IMG/VR virus record: IMGVR_UViG_3300036802_000048
Location: 1 to 41,218 of that record
Origin: a virus
Lineage: Duplodnaviria > Caudoviricetes
Direction: 5' to 3' (one strand)
Length of the DNA stretch: 41,218 bases
The translations under genes and the position numbers were made by a program. A model generated the notes under the pieces. It did no database searches. It saw only the letters and a program-made list of their open reading frames with translations, and was not told the origin of the DNA. Below are positions 1 to 8,743 of this stretch, piece after piece (position 1 is the stretch's first letter; each line of letters starts with the position of its first letter).

Positions 1-18
1 CTCCACTCTCCATATAGC

Positions 19-46
19 AAAAAAACGGCATTTCTGCCGTTTCTTT
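19..46 (-). terminator. Intrinsic terminator after the tRNA pair
   Basis: AAACGGCA-tttc-TGCCGTTT inverted repeat; the A-run at 19-25 is the U-tract on the minus strand. Confidence 0.8.
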
Positions 47-50
47 AGGA

Positions 51-123
51 TGGACTCTCAGGGGCTCGAACCCTGGACAAATAGATTAAGAGTCTACTGC
101 TCTACCAACTGAGCTAAGAGTCC
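51..123 (-). tRNA. tRNA-Lys(CTT), CCA not encoded
   Basis: Reverse complement GGACTCTTAGCTCAGTTGGTAGAGCAGTAGACTCTTAATCTATTTGTCCAGGGTTCGAGCCCCTGAGAGTCCA folds as a cloverleaf with anticodon CTT. Confidence 0.95.
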
Positions 124-133
124 ATATGGAGTT

Positions 134-209
134 TGGTGGAGCCAAGGGGGATCGAACCCCTGACCTCATCGCTGCCAGCGATGCGCTCTCCCAGCTGAGC
201 TATGGCCCC
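134..209 (-). tRNA. tRNA-Ala(GGC), integration target, reconstituted copy
   Basis: Reverse complement GGGGCCATAGCTCAGCTGGGAGAGCGCATCGCTGGCAGCGATGAGGTCAGGGGTTCGATCCCCCTTGGCTCCACCA; 76 nt, G3-U70 pair, encoded CCA. Confidence 0.97.
172..209. repeat. att core, left copy (38 bp)
   Basis: CTGCCAGCGATGCGCTCTCCCAGCTGAGCTATGGCCCC, identical to 41080-41117. Confidence 0.97.
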
Positions 210-295
210 GCGAATTACTCCGTTATGTCAACGGTCAGTCAACGTACAATCCGCTCGTATCAACGGTTTTTAGCGTTCAGTCAACCCGCTCGTAT
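210..295. repeat. Candidate integrase arm/accessory sites, left
   Basis: CAGTCAACGTACAA (236-249) resembles CAGTCAACGT and CAGTCACCGTACAA at 41018-41043; 210-223 is a 13/14 inverted match to 41047-41060; CCGCTCGTAT occurs twice (251, 286). Confidence 0.6.
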
Positions 296-310
296 TCTTT
301 CCGCCTAAAT

Positions 311-340
311 AATATATCACACGGGAGCGCATCGCTGCAA
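311..340 (-). promoter_or_regulatory. Phage-borne sigmaA promoter pointing out into the tRNAs
   Basis: Minus strand TTGCAG-N18-TATATT with extended -10 TG and an A-tract upstream. Confidence 0.6.
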
Positions 341-458
341 CTATTTTTTACGCATATCTGCGTTTTTGTGCAATTACCGTATACTGACCCTCCATTCGTT
401 ATTTTTGAACGTCAGTAATCGGATATGCGCTCAGCGCAGTTCTAATCCGGGTTTGAGG

Positions 459-502
459 TTGCAACTTTCGCAATGCCACGATATAATACGAACATATATT
501 CG
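459..502 (+). promoter_or_regulatory. sigmaA promoter with LexA (SOS) box-like site
   Basis: TTGCAA-N17-TATAAT (459-487), then CGAACATATATTCG (489-502), one mismatch to CGAAC-N4-GTTCG. Confidence 0.75.
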
Positions 503-523
503 CGTGTGAACGGAGGAAATCGA

Positions 524-880
524 ATGTCCACAGTACCCGCAAGTATTACCGAGAAAGACCGCGCGCTCATTAAGCCATACGTAATACTCCCGATGATTCA
601 GACCGCATTCGAGCGTGATTCTAACGTGTTCCTTCATTTAAAAACGCCGGACCCTTACGTAGACTGGTTGACGCAAGCCCGTGAACGATTAGCTGGGGAA
701 GCCCGGAAGATTAAAAACGAAGCGTATCGACGGGGCATACGGATAGAAAATCAGCATCGAGTAGATAACTTATTCCTTATCCGATTTCAATGCCGAGGGA
801 ATTTCGGAGACCTTACGCTAAGTGATGCCGAGGTCGCGGAAGAGGCGACGGGGATTATGCGTAGGGTGCTCATGTTTTAA
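524..880 (+). CDS. Small SOS-regulated protein, resembles the B. subtilis YhjD family
   Basis: GGAGG RBS before ATG 524; D..LI...LPM....ERD...LK...PY pattern; downstream of the SOS box. Confidence 0.65.
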   Translation: MSTVPASITEKDRALIKPYVILPMIQTAFERDSNVFLHLKTPDPYVDWLTQARERLAGEARKIKNEAYRRGIRIENQHRVDNLFLIRFQCRGNFGDLTLSDAEVAEEATGIMRRVLMF

Positions 881-882
881 CG

Positions 883-910
883 TTGACAGAATATGGACTG
901 TCCGTATAAT
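883..910 (+). promoter_or_regulatory. Consensus sigmaA promoter of the moron
   Basis: TTGACA-N16-TATAAT. Confidence 0.75.
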
Positions 911-944
911 TGGTAATATTGTGTAATGCGATAGGAGGTTAATT

Positions 945-1874
945 GTGGGCCCATTGAGCGCAAAAAGTACGGAAATAATTTATGATAAAACATTTCAAGA
1001 AGTAACTGGGATCGACCCTTCACTCGATTTTTCAGAGATACTAAAACATAGAGAAGAGGTCATTATTAAACCGTCATTAGAAAAGCATCTAAGGGACGCT
1101 ATAGTTTTGTTTGACAGTTCTTTAGCAGTATTCCAATCTGTTTTTGAGATTTTTAAATATGCTACGGAGAAGGATAATGAAAATATAACCTTTCTAGTAT
1201 TAAGCTCCAAGATTTTCTCTTTAATGCTCGGCATGCGAAAGCTGTTATACTCCGGGTCCGCCGATTCCTATAAATGCTTACTACGACCTCTTCTAGAATC
1301 TTATGACACCTTCTACACAAGTCTTGTTAATTCAGATTTTTCGAAAGAGTACGGGGACATTACCGCCTTATATGATAATAATGAGTTTTGGTACAAAAAA
1401 GGTAAGGGCAATAAAATTAAGAAGTTCATTCACGAGCTCTACAGAAATCTAGGAGCAGACAATGACTTTATAAAGGCTTTTGATGATAGACGTGACCATC
1501 AACAAAGGTATCTTTCCGAGTCTTTGCACTCATCCTTCAATGCTTCCTTTTCAACTTACCTCACACCAACCCTAGACGGTGACTTGCGGCATATGTATGG
1601 AGACGTAACCGTCGCATTTCCCAACCTTCTTCTCGACACTATTGACGAAGCAAGTCATTTTCACTACATTCTACATACTGTGTGCGAAAACGAATCTCTT
1701 CTAAATCTATCCTTCATCACTTATTTTAAAGAAAACAAATTATATAATTATAGATGTGATAAGTTCGCACATCTTTATCAAGACTATCGTCCGGCTCTGG
1801 CCGAGCTACAGGAAGAGACAACTGCCGTCCTCCGCCAAGCTTACGAAGATTCGGTTTTCAATTTAACAGAATAA
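945..1874 (+). CDS. AT-rich moron, DUF5677-like helical protein
   Basis: 309 aa, AGGAGG RBS, LRPLLE and YLSESLH motifs, own promoter and terminator. Confidence 0.6.
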   Translation: MGPLSAKSTEIIYDKTFQEVTGIDPSLDFSEILKHREEVIIKPSLEKHLRDAIVLFDSSLAVFQSVFEIFKYATEKDNENITFLVLSSKIFSLMLGMRKLLYSGSADSYKCLLRPLLESYDTFYTSLVNSDFSKEYGDITALYDNNEFWYKKGKGNKIKKFIHELYRNLGADNDFIKAFDDRRDHQQRYLSESLHSSFNASFSTYLTPTLDGDLRHMYGDVTVAFPNLLLDTIDEASHFHYILHTVCENESLLNLSFITYFKENKLYNYRCDKFAHLYQDYRPALAELQEETTAVLRQAYEDSVFNLTE

Positions 1875-1926
1875 AAAAAAGGCGCAGCCCCTACGGTATT
1901 TTCCCCGTAAGAACTGCGCCTTTTTA
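1875..1926. terminator. Bidirectional terminator
   Basis: AAAAAAGGCGCAG...CTGCGCCTTTTTT between convergent genes. Confidence 0.85.
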
Positions 1927-1929
1927 TTG

Positions 1930-2151
1930 TTAATTTTCCATCGTATCCCCGTTCGTACTCCGCGTACTATCCGCAATTCCCTCCGCCAACATATACGCAA
2001 CGCACGCACCGACCGCACCAATGACGCCGGTTACATGCAGCACAGTATTGTCGCCCGCACCGCTCGCCGTAAGTACCGAAGTAGCTAGCGCGGCCAGTAG
2101 CGCCCAAAACTTCCGCGATGATAATTTGCGTAAGATATCGTTTTTGTTCAT
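1930..2151 (-). CDS. Holin
   Basis: 73 aa, KLSSRKFW motif, two hydrophobic segments, next to the endolysin. Confidence 0.8.
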   Translation of the reverse strand: MNKNDILRKLSSRKFWALLAALATSVLTASGAGDNTVLHVTGVIGAVGACVAYMLAEGIADSTRSTNGDTMEN

Positions 2152-2155
2152 CGTA

Positions 2156-2854
2156 TTATTTCGCCTCCTTCGTAATAGTTGCGGTCTTCGTTACGTTATC
2201 CCACGCGATTGCCGCGCCAAACTGATCGGACATCTCACGCAATGGAACGTACACTGCTCCGTCAATCAATACGCCGTCCTTGGTTTTACATCCGTTAACT
2301 ACTACGTTCGCTTTATATACGATCATATCGTTGGCCTCCCTTTTCGGATTAACTAACGCCATTATTACGTCTACCTGCGCCTGTGTCGGACATTTACCCG
2401 CGCGATATTGAGCGGTGGATAATCCGAATGTCATTTCGAAATGCGGCAGATCAAGGAACGTTTTCCAATCGCCGCCCCACGTAAAGCCGAGCGCTTTTGC
2501 CAGCGTAACGACTTCGTTCCAATCCGCTTTACCGTTCCGATTACCGTCGAGCTTCGTATCCCAAGATACTGCGCGACCATCGTTCGTAAGTAACGCGAAG
2601 TCAATCGCGACGCCGAAGTTGTGGTTCGAATAACCTCCGCGCGCATTCGTTACAATAGCGCCAGGCTTCGAGCGTCCTTGTTCGTAGAGTGCGTTCTGTT
2701 CCGCAAATGTCCGTAAGCCTTGCGTTACGACGATCGGAATACCAAGCGCATATGATCGGTCGATAAGTTTTTCACTCGCCGCTTTGACACACGGAATAAG
2801 CCCGACCAATTTAGCGGTGGACTTCGCACGTACCTGTTCGATTGTGAGCGTCAT
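2156..2854 (-). CDS. Endolysin, M15 (L-Ala-D-Glu) peptidase with small C-terminal domain
   Basis: SNHNFGVAID and WGGDW...DLPHFE zinc-peptidase motifs. Confidence 0.92.
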   Translation of the reverse strand: MTLTIEQVRAKSTAKLVGLIPCVKAASEKLIDRSYALGIPIVVTQGLRTFAEQNALYEQGRSKPGAIVTNARGGYSNHNFGVAIDFALLTNDGRAVSWDTKLDGNRNGKADWNEVVTLAKALGFTWGGDWKTFLDLPHFEMTFGLSTAQYRAGKCPTQAQVDVIMALVNPKREANDMIVYKANVVVNGCKTKDGVLIDGAVYVPLREMSDQFGAAIAWDNVTKTATITKEAK

Positions 2855-2856
2855 TA

Positions 2857-3168
2857 CTACGCAACATCCTTTCCGTTAATACTCGATTTAATTTCGTGTA
2901 CATCTTGCGCCAGCCCTTCGTATTGACCCGCGAGTGCTTCGAACCGCGCCGTTAAACCTTCCGCCAGCCTCATTAAGCGATCCTCACGCGTAATTGCCTC
3001 GCTGTGCATCCGTTCGCGCTCCGTCTTGGCTTCCGTGCTAATGCGCTGCTCGCGTTCTTTAGCTTCGTCAGATATCCGGTTCATCTGCTTCCATAGCGCG
3101 TATGCAATGACCGCAGCGGCAAGCGCAAATATTCCGTTCTTGGCGACTTCCGCCCATAGCGTTTCCAT
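2857..3168 (-). CDS. BhlA/UviB-like holin-type protein
   Basis: N-terminal transmembrane segment (GIFAL...), REQR/REDRL coiled coil, upstream of the lysin. Confidence 0.7.
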   Translation of the reverse strand: METLWAEVAKNGIFALAAAVIAYALWKQMNRISDEAKEREQRISTEAKTERERMHSEAITREDRLMRLAEGLTARFEALAGQYEGLAQDVHEIKSSINGKDVA

Positions 3169-3363
3169 CTACGCGACCGCCTCCGTTTCAGGCGCGAGAT
3201 AATCCGCGAGTGCCCGTCCGATTTCGTCGTCTAACGTTTGGAGTACGGTTAGGCGGGATTCGGCGTTTGGCAGAACGGCTAAGACTGCGCTAATGGTTGC
3301 GGCTAGTTCAGCGGCGGGATTGGCGGTATCTATCGTACATTCGAGTAATGCGCGTGCTTTCAT
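3169..3363 (-). CDS. Small hypothetical protein
   Basis: AAAGGGG RBS before ATG 3363 (MKARALLEC...). Confidence 0.65.
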   Translation of the reverse strand: MKARALLECTIDTANPAAELAATISAVLAVLPNAESRLTVLQTLDDEIGRALADYLAPETEAVA

Positions 3364-3436
3364 ATTAAAACCCCTTTCAAAAGAAGGACTTTTGTCCTGT
3401 AATGTAGAATTTTGGAAATATAAGGAGGTGATTCTA

Positions 3437-3661
3437 TTGTCTAGCGTAGACGTTACTAAAATCGCAGGTGAGGTAAGCAAGAGGCTCGACCCGCTCTACT
3501 TAGAGTCTGTTAAATCAGGGTTAGCAGCTGTAGCCGACGAAGACGGCAGCATTAGTCGTACCGGCTTAGTAACCGTAGAGATTGAAATGCTTCGTCGACA
3601 CCTGGAGCAGTATGTCACTGAGCTTGTTAGCGAAGTTGTCCGTCAGATTGACGCAACCTAG
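3437..3661 (+). CDS. Small antisense-oriented moron with sigmaH-like promoter
   Basis: AAGGAGGTG RBS and TTG start; AGGA-N18-GAAT at 3385-3410. Confidence 0.6.
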   Translation: MSSVDVTKIAGEVSKRLDPLYLESVKSGLAAVADEDGSISRTGLVTVEIEMLRRHLEQYVTELVSEVVRQIDAT

Positions 3662-3773
3662 TCACCATCTTCTCGCGTTCCTCTATATACTTGGACACCG
3701 ACGCCCTATCCGGCAGCGTCGGTTCTTTGCGTTGTTCTTCAACAATTCCGTGCTCATTGATTCCCGTTGTCAT
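3627..3773 (-). CDS. 48-aa hypothetical protein
   Basis: GGAGGG RBS and ATG (MTTGINEHG...); overlaps a convergent ORF. Confidence 0.35.
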   Translation of the reverse strand: MTTGINEHGIVEEQRKEPTLPDRASVSKYIEEREKMVTRLRQSDGQLR

Positions 3774-3880
3774 ATTCGTATCCCTCCGTTAATTAAAAAG
3801 AGCCCCGATGCGTAGGACATTACGTCCGTAGCACGAGACTCTTCGTTATTTTGTGTATACTATTCGTTATTTTGCGTATA

Positions 3881-4414
3881 CTATTCTTTGAGCTGAGCCT
3901 GGATCTGCGATAACTTTTCTTGAAGGTAGGCAAGCTCAGTTTTTCTCTGCGCAAGCAATGCCTTGTACTCGTCCGCGGATGCTTGCGCTCGTTTTCCTAA
4001 GTCTCCGTTTGTTGCCATCTCTTTTGCCATGACCTCGTACGGAGGTATTACGTTAGTTTCTATATCCGCGATGTTAGCTTTTTTCTGTTCAATCTCTTCT
4101 ACTACTTTCTCACGCTCAGCCTTTAGTTTTGCAGTAGTTTCCCCGCTGGAAACTGATGCCACTGTGGTGTTCTCGCCCATAACAATCTTCTTCCCTTCCA
4201 CCGTCAATTTAGCGCCCGTCGCCTCCGCAACTGAACGAACGGGCGCAAACGCTGTGCCGTTGATAATTATGGCGTCGTCTACCTTCTTACCGCTCTTTTC
4301 TATCGTAAATAACCCTTGGACTTTTTGACCAATTAGGCTAGCTGAATCAGCAAAGACAGACACGCCCGAAAATAGTAACGCGCCAACAATGACGCCGGAA
4401 ATAAACTTTTTCAT
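3881..4414 (-). CDS. Secreted protein with copper-amine-oxidase-N-like domain and coiled coil
   Basis: GGAGG RBS, signal peptide MKKFISGVIVGALLFSGVSVFA, INGTAFAPVRSVAE motif. Confidence 0.75.
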   Translation of the reverse strand: MKKFISGVIVGALLFSGVSVFADSASLIGQKVQGLFTIEKSGKKVDDAIIINGTAFAPVRSVAEATGAKLTVEGKKIVMGENTTVASVSSGETTAKLKAEREKVVEEIEQKKANIADIETNVIPPYEVMAKEMATNGDLGKRAQASADEYKALLAQRKTELAYLQEKLSQIQAQLKE

Positions 4415-4451
4415 CTGATAACCTCCGTAATAGTTTTTCCTAATAGTACCA

Positions 4452-6623
4452 TTACGAAGCAGATGTCGTAAACGCTCCGCCGCCACTTGTTGCGTTAGCT
4501 GGATTTCCGTGATTATGATTCGGCACGCTAACGGTATGCGTATGTCCTCGATCGGCTTTTCCGTTCAGTGCAGTCCACAGAGCGTCAAACTCTTGCTGTA
4601 AGGTTCTACCTGTAGCTTCTGCGAACAGCTTACCCCAAACAGGTATGCGTACGTAATCGCCCCCGGGGTCTAATTTAACCCCCGTGCCATTTATCATCGC
4701 TAAACCATAAGCGCTAAATATAAATCCCGCTCCTGGCGAGTTATATATCGTGGACTCGTTACCATTCGCTAGAAACCTGATTTTACTAACGCCGCCATCA
4801 TACGCGGGGATAAGTATCCCATCGTTAGGCCCTGCGTAAACGCCGAACGCAACGCTAGCCGGATCGATCACTACGCGTGGGTATACGGAGTCTGACGTTT
4901 GTATCTTAGCGCCTATTATCGTACCTCCCGATATCGTTGAAGCGCTTATATGTCCGCTAAAGTTACCATCGACCGCGCTCATGATCCCGCCACTTGTTAC
5001 GGTAAACATTCCGTTACCAACGTTAATCGACGAACCGACAATCGCGCCGTCTTTGAAGCTAGACGATAAGATATTCGCAGAGTTAGCGGTCAGCTTGTTT
5101 AGTACGACGTTGCCCGCCATATCTAAGCGGAAGGGCGCGCTGCCGAAATCCGCATGGCCGGCGCTAATACCGTTCGTATTAATCTTAACGATATCATTCC
5201 CGCTGCCGATTACGAGGCTGACGAAGCTACCGAGCTGCCCACTGATTACTTCCGCGTTGATGTATCCCGCTGTAATCGCAGTCCGTGCGGTTGCGCCTCC
5301 GTCCGTTGTGATGATGATACCGTTCGAAGTTAGGATAACTTGGTCGTTCGCATCCACGCGGCTCTGCAGTACGATTCCTCGCGTATCATATTTAATCTCC
5401 GTTTTCGACTCGTTGATCTCAATGACCGCCAACCGCGCGAACTCTTCGAATACTTCCGCTCTGATTCGCCCGCCGCTAAATACGTTCTCTATCGCGCGCC
5501 GTCCCGCCTCCAAGTCCGCTAGTATCTGCGTATAATCACGTTTCATTACGTTCGCTACCGTAAGTTGCGTATGTTTATCGGGCGCATACGGATACTCCGT
5601 CATTTCCGTTATCCGCGCTGTGATGCCCGTTAAACCGAGCGCTGGATCAACGAGCGTAACCGTATCGCCGAGTCCGGGGCGCGCTTCTTGCTTATCGATC
5701 TTAAATAAATCTGCGGCACTAACGGATACTTCAAGCGCCGGCACCTCGCGTTCAGCTAAGCGCAGTCTCGCGGCAGCTACGAGTTTAAGCGGATCGGTTA
5801 CGTCTTGCTCCGTTAACAAGTCGTCGTAAAACGGCACACTATCCGAAGCCCACGCGTCAGCATACGGAGATACGAGATAGTTAACGCGAAGGATTCCGTC
5901 AGTGATTGCGCCAGGTATCACGCTAAGCCGCGCCTGTTCCTCCGCGGTTAATATCGACGCAGGCTGACCGATCCATGTCCGCGAATCTTTCATTTCCGCA
6001 TAAATCCGCGTACATAATGACGCCGCGCTATCCGTGAAGGACGCCGCGATCAAATTGCGCGTTACTTGAATCCGGTAGTCAGACGCGGGATTGCCGATCT
6101 TTTTGCGCAGATGGAGCGTAAAGTTATCTGGCTCAACCTCCGCGCCGTACAAGTTGATTACGGCATTCAGCGCTTCGAGACAGTTTCCGCCGCCGAACGC
6201 TTTAACGTCCGCGAGATCGAACGTATCATCAACCGCAATAGAAAAGCGCCCACCGGTTGCCTCCGAGATGAGCGCTGTTAATTGCGTAATATGAATTCCG
6301 TAGCCTTCCTTTATATATGACGCGTACGGAAATTTATAATCCGCGAGTTTAAACATGACGTGTGCACACGATATCTGCGCGGTCAACTTGCGGTCTTCGC
6401 GTGATCGTTCGCGCTTATTAATTACGTAATATTGACCGCGTTCGTCCATTACGTGACCTTTCAGCGGCAACTTATCGCGGAAATCATCGGACGTCATTGG
6501 TACGGTGAAAGTCAGCGTATAATCTGCGTTGGTCCGGCGGACCCGCGTAATATCGTAAGCATCGCGCAGAATACCGATGCGCTTACGGAAACGGTCGTAC
6601 GATTGTAGGTATTGCGTTGACAT
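4452..6623 (-). CDS. Tail tip/baseplate hub protein (Tal, prophage tail endopeptidase-like)
   Basis: 723 aa; N-terminal hub pattern, LGDTVTLVD motif, beta-rich C-terminus. Confidence 0.8.
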   Translation of the reverse strand: MSTQYLQSYDRFRKRIGILRDAYDITRVRRTNADYTLTFTVPMTSDDFRDKLPLKGHVMDERGQYYVINKRERSREDRKLTAQISCAHVMFKLADYKFPYASYIKEGYGIHITQLTALISEATGGRFSIAVDDTFDLADVKAFGGGNCLEALNAVINLYGAEVEPDNFTLHLRKKIGNPASDYRIQVTRNLIAASFTDSAASLCTRIYAEMKDSRTWIGQPASILTAEEQARLSVIPGAITDGILRVNYLVSPYADAWASDSVPFYDDLLTEQDVTDPLKLVAAARLRLAEREVPALEVSVSAADLFKIDKQEARPGLGDTVTLVDPALGLTGITARITEMTEYPYAPDKHTQLTVANVMKRDYTQILADLEAGRRAIENVFSGGRIRAEVFEEFARLAVIEINESKTEIKYDTRGIVLQSRVDANDQVILTSNGIIITTDGGATARTAITAGYINAEVISGQLGSFVSLVIGSGNDIVKINTNGISAGHADFGSAPFRLDMAGNVVLNKLTANSANILSSSFKDGAIVGSSINVGNGMFTVTSGGIMSAVDGNFSGHISASTISGGTIIGAKIQTSDSVYPRVVIDPASVAFGVYAGPNDGILIPAYDGGVSKIRFLANGNESTIYNSPGAGFIFSAYGLAMINGTGVKLDPGGDYVRIPVWGKLFAEATGRTLQQEFDALWTALNGKADRGHTHTVSVPNHNHGNPANATSGGGAFTTSAS

Positions 6624-6651
6624 TGCGACACTCCTTTCCGCACCGAAACCG

Positions 6652-7170
6652 TTAATAGAGATAACGGTCCCGATGCGTAATACGTGTTAGTATATTCCGG
6701 CTGGCTTCCGCGTCCTTGTAGGTTATCGTATTTAGGCCATACGCCAGGTCGAAGAAGTCTCCATTAAATAGGTGAAGAACGTTAACGCCATTGAGCGTAA
6801 CCGTCTGCTTGCGTGTATCTATAACGAGTCGGTCGCCCGGCGCAAAATTTCCCGTATAGGAAACAACATTAACGTGTGATAGCGTCACATTTACGTTAAA
6901 CTCTGTCACGGACTCAACCGTTGCCGCTCTAAGCATCTCGCGGACCATTTGCGTCAGTGTTTCCGTCGCCGACTCTATCGCGGCCGCTTGCGTGATCTCT
7001 CGGACCATAGCCGAATTAAACTCCGTCAGTGCTTCGCAGATTACTGTAACCGGCATATCGACGTTAATTCGCGAAGTGACTTCCGCCATCGAATCGATAC
7101 TTACGGTAAAAAGCGCATCAGTTGTAAATGAGCGGTCAAACGGCAGTCTTCCGAAAATGCCTCCGAACAT
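6652..7170 (-). CDS. Tail protein carrying a Dit C-terminal-like domain
   Basis: GDRLVID...VTLNG...GDFFDL..GLNTITY motif; directly before Tal. Confidence 0.7.
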   Translation of the reverse strand: MFGGIFGRLPFDRSFTTDALFTVSIDSMAEVTSRINVDMPVTVICEALTEFNSAMVREITQAAAIESATETLTQMVREMLRAATVESVTEFNVNVTLSHVNVVSYTGNFAPGDRLVIDTRKQTVTLNGVNVLHLFNGDFFDLAYGLNTITYKDAEASRNILTRITHRDRYLY

Positions 7171-7182
7171 GTAGCGCCCTCC

Positions 7183-7326
7183 TTAAGCCTCATATTCTAC
7201 GCCGGTAATCTCCGTAAACTCGGCCGGAGTGATGACGTTATATGCGACGTACTGACGTAGCTGCGTTTCCTTCGCCCATTTCTTAGCGTAGTAGTAAGAC
7301 AAGCGCTCAAAATCGTTATTAAACAT
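7183..7326 (-). CDS. XkdX-family small protein (not in ORF track)
   Basis: MFNNDFERLSYYYAKKWAKETQLRQYVAYNVITPAEFTEITGVEYEA with AAGGAGG RBS. Confidence 0.85.
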   Translation of the reverse strand: MFNNDFERLSYYYAKKWAKETQLRQYVAYNVITPAEFTEITGVEYEA

Positions 7327-7723
7327 TAGCTGCGCCTCCTTCAAGCGTTAATAATCGTAGTTCAAGTCCGACAATTTGTCCGCCAAGAGCTTCGTTTTGG
7401 TTGCGTAGATCGAGAGTCTCAAGTTCGCGTAAGACTAGCTCTGCACCGATGCGGTCGAGTTCAGACGGTGCGGGCGGATGTGATGCTTGGTACTGCTGCC
7501 ACAAGCTGGTGACCTCTGCATTTGTTCGTTCAGTTATTTCGTCTCCAGTTACATACCATCGTGGTATGACGCTGTTGTACCACAGGTCTAAATTAAAATG
7601 CCTACTACCGTTATCAGTTAATAGAATATCTCCGTCTTTTGTTGCCTGCTCGAAAGCATCAGAAAATGCGTGAATCACGTTTCCGTCAGCATCCACGCGG
7701 ATGTAGTGCTTATATCCGTCCAT
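7319..7723 (-). CDS. Tail-fibre associated protein (XkdW-like position)
   Basis: AAGGAGG RBS before ATG 7723; C-terminal coiled coil; precedes XkdX. Confidence 0.7.
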   Translation of the reverse strand: MDGYKHYIRVDADGNVIHAFSDAFEQATKDGDILLTDNGSRHFNLDLWYNSVIPRWYVTGDEITERTNAEVTSLWQQYQASHPPAPSELDRIGAELVLRELETLDLRNQNEALGGQIVGLELRLLTLEGGAANV

Positions 7724-7733
7724 AGCGTCCTCC

Positions 7734-8732
7734 TTATAATTCTGCGTCATAATAATATGGTGATGCACTCCCCGTAATCGTTGGAGAAATGCGCATCGAC
7801 GGTCTTATATCATAGGGACTTGCATTATTTATAGATCGCTGTTGAAAATACCGTTGACATAATGCCAACTCTGTTGAAAATGGTCGTGGTTGAAACGGCA
7901 AATCCGCGTCACCAGCGACAACTTGTATTTGAGCGATGTCTATATTTCCTGCGCCTCGGAATGACTCGGCTGTACCTCCACCGAATTGCGATGATGCGAC
8001 TGATGCGCCCCACAGCATAAAAAAGCCAATTTGAAAATAATCGTCATTGTTCGTTCCTAAAGTTTTACCTGCCAGTGTATTCGTATTAATCGTCACCTTA
8101 TATTTCGTCCATACTGCCGAAAGGTTGATGATCTGACCTATTATCGGCTCTGCGTCTGACGGAGACCCGCCGGAACCGTAACGCTGTGACAAAGATATAC
8201 CAATTCTCTTGCCTGCAATGCTAGAGCGCGCCAAGAAAGTTATTGTTAACTTCTTACCAGCGCCACAAAGATATGCTGTCCCATTTTCGATACGTTGGAA
8301 TATTCCGTATGATGCATTATCAGTATAGCCGCTCCCTGCACCGTCAGTATTTACTCTGTACGCGTATTTCGCATTCGGTATCTCGGACGGCGTTAGATCA
8401 AGCCTAAGGTGAGCAATGTTGGACGGAAAGTTGCCACCATCAGGCAGATAGCTTATCAAGTACCGATCTGCCAAGAATGCACCAAAAGCAGGGTTGTTTT
8501 TAACAGTCCCTCTTTGCCAGATGTCAAAGTTTCCATTAATCATGGCATTAGCATTTAACCCATATCGAGCTTGCGCCATATCGGCCAACTGCTCAGATGT
8601 GGCAATCCCTATGTTCCCATTAGCGTGACCAATAAATAACTCTTTGGTATCTGTTGTGAGTCCAGGTTCTCCGACAGAAAGCGTAGGCAACTGTGCTTTT
8701 AAGCCACGCTTAATTTGTATTTTGTTAGACAT
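7734..8732 (-). CDS. Tail fibre / receptor-binding protein
   Basis: Mtd-N-like IQIKRG...GEPG.TTDT.ELFIG start; INGNFDIWQRG and ELALCQRYF...DAEL motifs. Confidence 0.85.
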   Translation of the reverse strand: MSNKIQIKRGLKAQLPTLSVGEPGLTTDTKELFIGHANGNIGIATSEQLADMAQARYGLNANAMINGNFDIWQRGTVKNNPAFGAFLADRYLISYLPDGGNFPSNIAHLRLDLTPSEIPNAKYAYRVNTDGAGSGYTDNASYGIFQRIENGTAYLCGAGKKLTITFLARSSIAGKRIGISLSQRYGSGGSPSDAEPIIGQIINLSAVWTKYKVTINTNTLAGKTLGTNNDDYFQIGFFMLWGASVASSQFGGGTAESFRGAGNIDIAQIQVVAGDADLPFQPRPFSTELALCQRYFQQRSINNASPYDIRPSMRISPTITGSASPYYYDAEL

Positions 8733-8743
8733 AATGCACCTCC

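Noticed and set aside
126-308. 60-aa ORF
   Set aside because: Antisense shadow of tRNA-Ala and att
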